Made by a program: the position numbers and the translations under genes. Below, piece after piece: positions 50,971-58,582 of a DNA stretch of 64,000 nt. The notes under the pieces were generated by a model. The model was not told where the DNA came from. It ran no database searches and saw nothing but the letters and a program-made list of their open reading frames with translations. The stretch lies in contig DATHRD010000081.1 of assembly GCA_035482045.1 (NCBI GenBank), positions 88,149-152,148 of the forward strand. Direction: 5' to 3'. Source of the stretch: Thermoanaerobaculia bacterium (GTDB lineage Bacteria > Acidobacteriota > Thermoanaerobaculia > Gp7-AA8). How positions within the stretch are numbered: position 1 is the first letter of the stretch; each line of letters opens with the position of its first letter.

Positions 50971-51257
50971 TGCCCCTTCGTCGCTGTAGCTCCTCAGGGC
51001 AGGCTCCGGCGGATGAGGGGGTTTTGGCGCTTGCCGATCAGTGAACTATTTCATGACCGGGCGGTGGAAACTGATGAAAACAATCAACTTCGGCGCGAGA
51101 AACGCCCCCTGCTCTGAAAATGGGCGTAAACTACTGATCTCTCATCCTTCAAAACTGAATAGTCAACATCAACTGAAAAATGGGCACGGTCTACCCATTT
51201 TCGTCCTCGGTGGTCTGCCGCGCCGCAGAGCCGCGGCAGGTGAAGTCTCATCCGCCT

Positions 51258-51333
51258 GTCGGCACCTTCTCCCCCGCAAGAAACCGCGGGGGAGAAGGGC
51301 TCTCGACGGGGTAGAGGGTGCCGACGATTCCAG
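51258..51333. repeat. Hairpin repeat family copy 3 (diverged)
   Basis: GTCGGCACCTTCTCCCCCgcaagaaaccgcGGGGGAGAAGGgctctcgacggggtagagGGTGCCGACGATTCCAG. Confidence 0.75.
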
Positions 51334-51597
51334 TGACAATGTGAGAAATCCAGGCTAAGGCTAAGGGCGCGGCAGTACCAGATCCAGCCCGATACGCAAC
51401 GATGCTGAAGAGGCTTCCGGAGTTACCCCCCGATTCCGATGCCTGAGACAGGACCGCGCGCGCTCGGCAAGACCGGCTAATAACGATCATGGCAAGAGAA
51501 CGCGGAAAACCGGAAGCGGTAAGCACTACTTCCTCGGTGGGTTAGCCTGGATTTCTCACGACCCGGTTGAGCCTCCCTGCCTGCCGCCGCAAGCCAG

Positions 51598-51720
51598 GGA
51601 CCGATGTGGCACAGACACTCATGTCTGTGCTCCGGCCGAAGCCGCGTGCCGTGAGCGCTTGCAGTCTCTCGAGTCGGGCGAGACCCCGCACAGACAAGAG
51701 TGTCTGTGCCACATCGGTCC
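51598..51720. repeat. 123-bp palindromic element of the 'GTGGCACAGACA' family (shared with 32066-32150)
   Basis: GGACCGATGTGGCACAGACA (51598-51617) is the reverse complement of TGTCTGTGCCACATCGGTCC (51701-51720). The internal CACAGACAAGAGTGTCTGTGCCAC also occurs at 32075-32100. Confidence 0.85.
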
Positions 51721-51931
51721 TGCTCATCGGCACCACTCCGCACGATCGGCAGACAGGCTGCGGGCGATTCCACTCGTCGTGTGAGAAATATGGGTTAGCC
51801 TCGAGCGAAAAACGAAGGTCTGACCCTCGAGACTGCGTCTTCCAGCAGGGATTCAATTCACGACCGCGCAGGCGATCGTCCCAGGCCGCGTCGAACACCG
51901 GCCTCTACCGCATGACGCGTTGCCGCCGAGG

Positions 51932-52441
51932 TCATGGAATGTTCGATGCCGCGGCCGGCCGCCCTTTTCGTTTGGATCGCCCCTGTTCGTCATGGAGGAG
52001 CCGGTGCAGCCGGCGGATCGATGCCGACAGTGGGGTCGTGGTGTCGCGGGCTTCGGGCAGGGCGTTCCACGCCTGGAACGCGGCCAGGACATTCTCCCTC
52101 ATGCCGGCGGATACCGATTCCATCTCCGAAGAGAGGAGGTCGCGAATGTAGGAAACCTGCGCCAGGATCTGTCTCGACAGCAGCCGGCAGGCCAGCTCCT
52201 TTTCCAGGTCGTCGGCCAGCGTACCGGCCTTGACGGAAGGGTCGCGTGGCTGGAGCACGCCGGAACGCAGACGGGCGATCTCGCGCCGGAGCCTGGCGTC
52301 CGGCAGGTGCCGCACGCGCAGCGACAGCTCGTCGGGAGGTCTTGAGGTGTTCGTGAGCGCCTCCGTCACGGCGTCGATCCGGCGCCTGAAGTCGCCGGCC
52401 ATCTCGCGGACACGTTCCTCGAGTGTCTTGCTGCTCATCAC
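51932..52441 (-). CDS. Hypothetical protein (169 aa, helical, charged)
   Basis: ATG ORF downstream of and co-oriented with 52529..53110. Non-repetitive composition; no motif recognised. Confidence 0.5.
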   Translation of the reverse strand: MMSSKTLEERVREMAGDFRRRIDAVTEALTNTSRPPDELSLRVRHLPDARLRREIARLRSGVLQPRDPSVKAGTLADDLEKELACRLLSRQILAQVSYIRDLLSSEMESVSAGMRENVLAAFQAWNALPEARDTTTPLSASIRRLHRLLHDEQGRSKRKGRPAAASNIP

Positions 52442-52528
52442 CGACCTCCTTCTATTCTCTCCGATGACTCCCGAAATTGGAAAAACGACCGGGCGCGCAT
52501 ACGGCGCGCCCGGTCCACAACCAAACAG

Positions 52529-53110
52529 CTACTGCCTGACTGCTACCGGGGTCTCCGTTGCTTCCGGCGCGGAAACCGCCGGTGCATTGGGAACCGGCGC
52601 CGGAGTCGGCGGCGTGGTCGTGACGCGCTTCTTCCGGCGGGTAATGCTCCTCAGCCGCTTTACCTCCTCGAGATGCGGTACGAGCGAGGCGTGTTCCGGA
52701 TCGCGAGCCAACTGCTTGCCGATCAGAAACGACCGCACGGCCACCAGAGCGATCCGCTGCCGGCGGATGAGGTTCGTACCGGTCACGCCGTTCAGCGTTG
52801 CACGCAACTCCCCCTCCACCGCACTCCAGCGGTTGGCCTCGTCGACCATCGACTGCACCTCTTCCACCGGCTGACCGACTGCCTGCGTGATGATGTCCGC
52901 GGCTCCGAGGACGTTGAGCGACGCCTGGACGACCGCCTCGGACATCCTTGACTGCTGCCGGAGAGTCTTGCGTTGCTCCGGCGTCAACGGAGAGATCTCA
53001 CCGATCTGCGCCTGCAGCGCCCGCAACTGCGCCACCACCTGCTCCGGCGTCACTGCCGGGGTGGGCGTGGGTACTGCCACTTCCTGGGGATTCGAACTGA
53101 TTGTGGACAT
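52529..53110 (-). CDS. Hypothetical protein (193 aa) with Pro/Thr-rich termini and a helical core
   Basis: Good RBS (AAGGAG, reverse complement of 53116-53121) before ATG 53110. No motif recognised. Confidence 0.55.
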   Translation of the reverse strand: MSTISSNPQEVAVPTPTPAVTPEQVVAQLRALQAQIGEISPLTPEQRKTLRQQSRMSEAVVQASLNVLGAADIITQAVGQPVEEVQSMVDEANRWSAVEGELRATLNGVTGTNLIRRQRIALVAVRSFLIGKQLARDPEHASLVPHLEEVKRLRSITRRKKRVTTTPPTPAPVPNAPAVSAPEATETPVAVRQ

Positions 53111-53156
53111 GATTGTTCTCCTTTACCGGGGTTGCAAAGGCCGGAGGGAGCGACGA

Positions 53157-53174
53157 GCACTCGTGCACGAGTGC
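53157..53174. promoter_or_regulatory. Perfect 18-bp palindrome upstream of gene 52529..53110 (operator candidate)
   Basis: GCACTCGTGCACGAGTGC is its own reverse complement. It lies 47-64 nt upstream of ATG 53110. Confidence 0.45.
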
Positions 53175-53400
53175 AGGCGGCCACCGGCTGGAAGGACGCG
53201 GTTTTTCACGCCGAGACCTTCCGGTTGATGATTCCCCGAAGTGCGCACTCCGGGAGCCGACGGCAGGAGGAGTACAACTCGACTCCCGCATTGACGAGCA
53301 CCCGGCACTATCCAGCGCTCCGGCTCGTCAGTTGGCCGCTATCAGATAGTTTAGCCATCCCTTTTCCGGATGTCAATAGGTACACCGAAGATATTCGCCG

Positions 53401-53739
53401 CACACCAGCGGATGAACACGACACACCGGCGGAGTAACGCGCTACATCGGCGGAGTAACGCGATTCACCGGCTCAGTCACGCGATTCACCGGCTCAGTCA
53501 CGCGATTCACCGGCTCAGTCACGCGACACAAGTGGCGGAGTTACGCGACACACCGGCGGAGTTACGCGACACACCAGGCGGAGGAACACGACACACCAGC
53601 CGGTGGAACACGAAACACAGCCGGTGAAACACGAAACACAGCCGGTGAAACACGAAACACAGCCGGTGGAACACGAAACACAGCCGGTGGAACACGACAC
53701 ACGGGCGGTGGAACACGACACGCGGGCGGAGTAACACGG
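53401..53739. repeat. Tandem array of 16 copies of a 21-bp (occasionally 22-bp) unit
   Basis: Consensus CACACCGGCGGAGTAACACGA. There are blocks of identical copies: TTCACCGGCTCAGTCACGCGA x3 (53464-53526), AACACAGCCGGTGAAACACGA x2 and AACACAGCCGGTGGAACACGA x2 (53614-53697). The array generates spurious heptad-repeat ORFs on both strands. Confidence 0.95.
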
Positions 53740-53901
53740 CAAGATCTTGGTGCCGGTTAGTCCAGAAGGGCGGATCCCCACTTCTCTACCGCCAGGAGGA
53801 TTAAGGATGACGATCCCAGAGGTCGAACGCCGGCGTCTTTACCGCTCGCCTATGGAGAGAAAGGTTGCCGGATCGATCATCCGGCAACCTGATTCGTCAG
53901 A

Positions 53902-56900
53902 CTACCTTGGCAACTCCGGGATCCGTCCCGGCGTCCACGGCGCGCCTCGTTCGTTCATCTGCTTCTCCACGGCCGCGAGATCGACTTCGATCAGCTTGTG
54001 CAGGCGGTCGAGGAGCGGGCCGGTCTGCTGCTGGGCGATGGCGAGCGATTCGCGATGCGTCGCCGTCGGAGGGGCTGTCGTCGTCAGGCCGTTCACGGCG
54101 GTGTTGACGCGATCGAGCAGCGACGGCGCAACGGGCTCGTTGGACCGGCGCAGGATCGGATCGCCGTTGAGCTGATCGTTGATGTCGTGCAGCGCCGCGT
54201 CGATGGTGTTCACCTGCGCCACGAGTTTCGGATCGGGGCCGGCGATCTCATCGAGGGCGCGCCGGACGTACTGGATGCGCGTGAGCGCCTCGCGGGTCAC
54301 TCGGCCTGCACCCATCACCGTCCGCTGCAGGCTGGCGGCCTTCTTCTGGAAGTCGAGGACGGCGGCCCGGTCGCTCTCCTTCATGATCGAGAGATAGAGC
54401 GGTACGACGTTGAAGTTCTGCGGCTGTCCCAGCACCGTCTCGACACCGTCGATGTGCTTGACGATGCGGACGGTGTACTTGCCCGGGGCCACGAGCGGCC
54501 CTCCTGGCGGCTGCTGGAAGACGTCGGCCTCCGGTTCCTTCAGCTCGACCGGCGAAGGCGGCGGATAGCGGAGGTCCCACGCCACTCGGTGGAAGCCTGC
54601 CTTGGCCGGGCCGCTCACGCGGCGAATGACGTTACCCTCTTCATCGGACACGATCATCACTACCGCCGGCTCGATCTCGCGGTCCTCGGCGCGCAACTGA
54701 TCGAGCGTCGGATACGGCGGCTGCTGCGCGTGTCCAGGCTCATTACCCTTGTCTTTCTCGATCTTCGCCTCCGCTTCCTGGCGCTGCTTGCGGCGGCTCT
54801 TCAGTTCGTCCTTCACGTAGTAGGTGAAGATGGCGCCGAACGGCGGGTTGGGCGCGGTGAAGTAGGTCTGTCCCTGAAACGATTTGCCCGGCAGCCCGAG
54901 CTGCGCACGCTCGACGTAGAGCTCCGCGTCGCGGGTCGGGAAGAGCGTTGCTTCGTTGGCGGCCACGGCCTGCGACATGGTGCGCAGCGGCTGCACGTCG
55001 TCGAGGACCCAGAAGCCGCGGCCGAAGGTGGCGATGACGAGATCGTCATGCCGCTTCTGGAACCAGAGGTCGCGCACGGCCACGGTGGGGAAGCTGCCTT
55101 TCAGCGGAATCCAGGAGGAGCCTCCGTTCTGCGAGACGAAGAGGCCGTACTCCGTTCCCAGGTAGAGCAGCTTCGGATCGACGCGGTCCTCGACGAGCGC
55201 GTACGAGCTGCCGCGTGCGGGCAGATCCCCCGTGATCGACGTCCATGTCTTCCCACGGTCGCTGCTCTTCAAGACATACGGCTTGAAGTCGCCGTTCTGA
55301 TGGTTGTCGAAGGCGGCGTAGACGACATTTGCGTCGTGCTGCGAGGCCTCGAGACGGGAGACGTACGACATGTCCGGCACACCGGCGACGTGATCGATTT
55401 TCCGCCAGTGCGCGCCTCCGTCTTCGGTGATCTGAATCAGGCCGTCGTCGGTGCCGGCGTAGATCAGCCCCTCCTGCAACGGCGACTCGGCCAGCGAGAC
55501 GATGTTCCCGTACCACGACGTCGACGACCCTTTGGCCACGGCGTCGACACCCCACACGCGTCCCATGACCGGCAGCGTGTCGCGGTCGATGTGGCGGGTC
55601 AGATCGGGGCTGATCGCTTTCCAGGCGTTGCCGCGGTCGTCGCTGCGGAAGAGGTACTGCGCGGCGAAGTAGAGGCGGTTGCTGTCGTGCGGGCTGACGA
55701 TGATGGGGGAGTCCCAATTCTTGCGCAGCGGATCCATGGTGCCGGCCGGCTGCGGCTCGATGTCGAGCGCCTCGCCGGTGCGTTTGTCGAAGCGCACCAG
55801 GCCGCCGTTCTGCGACTCGGCGTAGATGATGTTCGAGTCCTTCGGATCGGGGACGGAGCGGAAGCCGTCGCCGCCCTGCGTGACGTACCAGTCGGCGTTG
55901 ACGATGCCCTTCGCGTCCGTCGTGCGGGCCGGACCGCCGAGGCTGAAGTTGTCCTGCGTGCCGCCGTAGACGCTGTAGAAGGGCAGGGCGTCGTCGGCGC
56001 TCACGCGATAGAACTGCGTGACCGGCAGATTGTCCTTGAAGCTCCACGACTCGGCGCGGTCGAACGATTCATAGAGGCCGCCGTCGCAGCCGATGAGCAG
56101 ATGGTCGCTGCTGGCTGGATCGATCCAGACGACATGGTTGTCGGGATGCTTCCACTTCTCGTCGAGCCTGCGCCAGGTCTTGCCGCCGTCGTCGGACACG
56201 CGAACCCACACGTCGGCGGAATAGATGCGGTTGTCATCGTTCGGGTCGACGAAGATCTCGCCGTAGTATTGGGCGCCCGGCGCGGAGTAATCGTTGACCT
56301 TTTTCCAGGAGGAACCGCCGTCTTTCGAGACGAAGAATCCTCCCGCTTTGCGCGTCGACTCGATCGTGGCGTAGACGACTTTCGGGTTGTGCGCCGCGAT
56401 GCCCAGGCCGATGCGCCCCATGTCCTCCTTCGGCAGGCCATCCTTGAGCTTCGTCCAGGTCTTGCCTGCGTCGGTCGACTTGTAGATTGCCGACTCGGGG
56501 CCCCCGTCGATGAGCGTGAATACGTGGCGACGGCGCTGATACGCCGAGGCGTAGAGGATGTCGGCGTTGGAGGGATCCAGCACCACGTCGGTGACGCCGG
56601 TGTTCTCGCTGATCGTCAGCACGTCCTTCCACGTCTTGCCGCCGTCCGTGGTCTTGTAGAGGCCGCGATCTCCGCCCGGCGCCCAGAGCGGCCCCTGCGC
56701 GGCGACATAGACGACGTTGGAGTCGCGGGGGTCGACGACGATCTTGGAGATGTGCTCGGACTTCTCCAGACCAACGTTCTTCCAGCTCTTGCCGCCGTCG
56801 ATCGATTTGTAGATGCCGTCGCCCATCGACACCGAGCGCTGGCTGTTGTTCTCGCCGGACCCCACCCAGACCACGAGAGAGTCGTGCGGGTCGATGGTCA

Positions 56901-57258
56901 CGCAGCCGATAGAGAACGATTTCTGATCGTCGAAGATTGGCGTGAAGCTCGTGCCCGCGTTCGTCGTCTTCCAGACACCGCCGCCGGCCGTGGCGATGTA
57001 CCAGACCCGCGCGTCGCGCGGATCGACGGCCAGATCGATGATGCGGCCCGAGGTCAGCGCCGGTCCGATCTCTCGCAGTGTGAGGCCGGCGAAGGTCTTC
57101 TCGCCGTACTTCGATTCTTTCTCTTTCGCGTCCGAGGCAGGAGTGGAAGCGTCAGCCTTCTTCGGCGAGGCGGCGTCCGCCTTCTTCGCCGACTGTGCGT
57201 TGAGAAAAACTCCGAATGAAAGGAAGACCGCTAGGATGCAGGTGAGGCGCTGGTTCAT
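53902..57258 (-). CDS. Secreted VPS10/sortilin-type BNR-repeat double-propeller protein (1,118 aa)
   Basis: Signal peptide MNQRLTCILAVFLSFGVFLNA. GGVWKTTNAGTSFTPIF, SIDGGKSWK, TTDGGKTWK, STDAGKTWT, SKDGGSSWK, SDDGGKTWR, ITEDGGAHWR, SSDRGKTWT, SQNGGSSW. Confidence 0.85.
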   Translation of the reverse strand: MNQRLTCILAVFLSFGVFLNAQSAKKADAASPKKADASTPASDAKEKESKYGEKTFAGLTLREIGPALTSGRIIDLAVDPRDARVWYIATAGGGVWKTTNAGTSFTPIFDDQKSFSIGCVTIDPHDSLVVWVGSGENNSQRSVSMGDGIYKSIDGGKSWKNVGLEKSEHISKIVVDPRDSNVVYVAAQGPLWAPGGDRGLYKTTDGGKTWKDVLTISENTGVTDVVLDPSNADILYASAYQRRRHVFTLIDGGPESAIYKSTDAGKTWTKLKDGLPKEDMGRIGLGIAAHNPKVVYATIESTRKAGGFFVSKDGGSSWKKVNDYSAPGAQYYGEIFVDPNDDNRIYSADVWVRVSDDGGKTWRRLDEKWKHPDNHVVWIDPASSDHLLIGCDGGLYESFDRAESWSFKDNLPVTQFYRVSADDALPFYSVYGGTQDNFSLGGPARTTDAKGIVNADWYVTQGGDGFRSVPDPKDSNIIYAESQNGGLVRFDKRTGEALDIEPQPAGTMDPLRKNWDSPIIVSPHDSNRLYFAAQYLFRSDDRGNAWKAISPDLTRHIDRDTLPVMGRVWGVDAVAKGSSTSWYGNIVSLAESPLQEGLIYAGTDDGLIQITEDGGAHWRKIDHVAGVPDMSYVSRLEASQHDANVVYAAFDNHQNGDFKPYVLKSSDRGKTWTSITGDLPARGSSYALVEDRVDPKLLYLGTEYGLFVSQNGGSSWIPLKGSFPTVAVRDLWFQKRHDDLVIATFGRGFWVLDDVQPLRTMSQAVAANEATLFPTRDAELYVERAQLGLPGKSFQGQTYFTAPNPPFGAIFTYYVKDELKSRRKQRQEAEAKIEKDKGNEPGHAQQPPYPTLDQLRAEDREIEPAVVMIVSDEEGNVIRRVSGPAKAGFHRVAWDLRYPPPSPVELKEPEADVFQQPPGGPLVAPGKYTVRIVKHIDGVETVLGQPQNFNVVPLYLSIMKESDRAAVLDFQKKAASLQRTVMGAGRVTREALTRIQYVRRALDEIAGPDPKLVAQVNTIDAALHDINDQLNGDPILRRSNEPVAPSLLDRVNTAVNGLTTTAPPTATHRESLAIAQQQTGPLLDRLHKLIEVDLAAVEKQMNERGAPWTPGRIPELPR

Positions 57259-57332
57259 CGATGACCTCTCTCAGGTGTGGCGTTCTTGGAAGCGCGGCAA
57301 TGCTAATCGAAGAGGTCGCCCGGAAGCACTCC

Positions 57333-58553
57333 TCACCACGGCCACCAAGACCGGCGAGGCGGCGTTTCGTCAGGAGAACGGCGCGCGATCTGCCCCTCCA
57401 TGAAGTCGACGAATGCGGAGAGGCAGGTCTTCGTTCTCCATTCGACGCTCAGCGCCTGGGCTGCCTGCTGCAATGATTCCAAGTCCGCGACGCAGCGGGC
57501 GATGGCCCGGGCGATGGAATCGGGCTGCAGGTCTTCGGAGACCGCCCCCGCCGCCCGGCCCGCCTCGATCTGCTCCGCCATCCAGGTGCCGGCCGTGGCA
57601 ATGACCGGCATGCCGAGGGTGACGGCCTCCGCGAACACACCGGAAACCCGTTTGCGATAAGGGATGACCTCGTACGGAAACAGAGCGATGTCGGCGCTGT
57701 CGAACGCGGCCTTGTACTCCGACAGCGGCAGCGCTTCGCGGATGACGGACACCCGCGGCTCTCCGGCGATCAGCGCCAGCCGGGCGGCCTCTTCGGCGCT
57801 GAGCGTGTTGTTGGTGAGATGGACCAGGAACTCGACCTCGACGACTGACTGGCATGCGCGAATGATGTCTGGGATCAGATAGGAGCCCTTTTCGCGGCGT
57901 GTGCCCCCGAGGATAGCCACGCGCGGCAGAGAAGAAGGGCGGCTCTCGGACTTGAGCGGCCGGGGTTCGCCGTAATAGTCGAGCGGTAGCGGTGCGACGT
58001 CCACCGTTGTGCCGAGCAATTCGCTCAGTTCCTCGGCCAGCAGGTCGGTGAGAGTGCAGAAGATAAGCCTGCGCGCATCCTCCTCCGCGAGGTTCGTGAT
58101 CGCCGTCCTGAGCGCTCGGAATTCGGCGATCTGCCGGTCGTATTCGTCACGTCCGGCGCGGTTCCAGCGGTCGCTGACGAAGAGAATGACGATCCACGGT
58201 TTCTTCCGGCGCGGCAGACCCCGCAGCCAGCGCGTGAGCGCGTGCGCCTCGAGCTGCGTGGAAACGGTGATCAGCACGCGGTCGCCGGCACTCAGTCGCC
58301 AATCGACATTCTTGTGCAGCATCCTGACGAAACGGTGGCTGCGCTCCTCGAAGCTCCATTCCAGACGGAACGTCGGATCGTCCAGAACAGCGTGGGCTCT
58401 GAGCTCCGCGACAATTCCAGGCTGAGCTTGAGCGTTGACCAGCAGGACGAATCGTGTCCCGCGCCGATCGAACTCCTCCATGAATCCATGAGCTTCGTTG
58501 AAGTGATGGCTGCTGTAGCCGGCAAGGCGAGGATGAATGCAGATGATTTTCAT
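57333..58553 (-). CDS. Glycosyltransferase, GT-B fold (GT4-like)
   Basis: The C-terminal half ..ILGGTRREKG...ADIALFPY....SGVFAEAVTLGMPVIATAGTWMAEQI matches the GT1/GT4 nucleotide-sugar-binding region. Confidence 0.6.
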   Translation of the reverse strand: MKIICIHPRLAGYSSHHFNEAHGFMEEFDRRGTRFVLLVNAQAQPGIVAELRAHAVLDDPTFRLEWSFEERSHRFVRMLHKNVDWRLSAGDRVLITVSTQLEAHALTRWLRGLPRRKKPWIVILFVSDRWNRAGRDEYDRQIAEFRALRTAITNLAEEDARRLIFCTLTDLLAEELSELLGTTVDVAPLPLDYYGEPRPLKSESRPSSLPRVAILGGTRREKGSYLIPDIIRACQSVVEVEFLVHLTNNTLSAEEAARLALIAGEPRVSVIREALPLSEYKAAFDSADIALFPYEVIPYRKRVSGVFAEAVTLGMPVIATAGTWMAEQIEAGRAAGAVSEDLQPDSIARAIARCVADLESLQQAAQALSVEWRTKTCLSAFVDFMEGQIARRSPDETPPRRSWWPW

Positions 58554-58582
58554 GAACGATCTTCAGTATCCTCCACACCCCT

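Noticed and set aside
51041-51358. ORF 51041..51358 + (105 aa) and other ORFs in the 50.8-51.9 kb gap (51248..51526 -, 51477..51773 -, 51542..51898 -, 51567..52151 +) as genes.
   Set aside because: They run through palindromic repeat elements, overlap one another on both strands, and lack an RBS. Their translations are typical repeat-derived sequences.
53370-53781. Possible CRISPR array, or real heptad-repeat peptide genes (ORFs 53370..53627 +, 53515..53781 -, 53519..53737 -).
   Set aside because: This is a contiguous 21-bp tandem repeat without spacers. The ORFs exist on both strands only because 21 is a multiple of 3. They lack RBS and start context and encode implausible His/Arg/Cys-rich heptads.
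53998-57219. ORF 53998..57219 + (1,073 aa), antisense to the VPS10-type gene.
   Set aside because: Its composition is Arg/Val/Asp/Gly-rich with no motifs. The minus-strand product has a signal peptide and more than nine Asp-box motifs.
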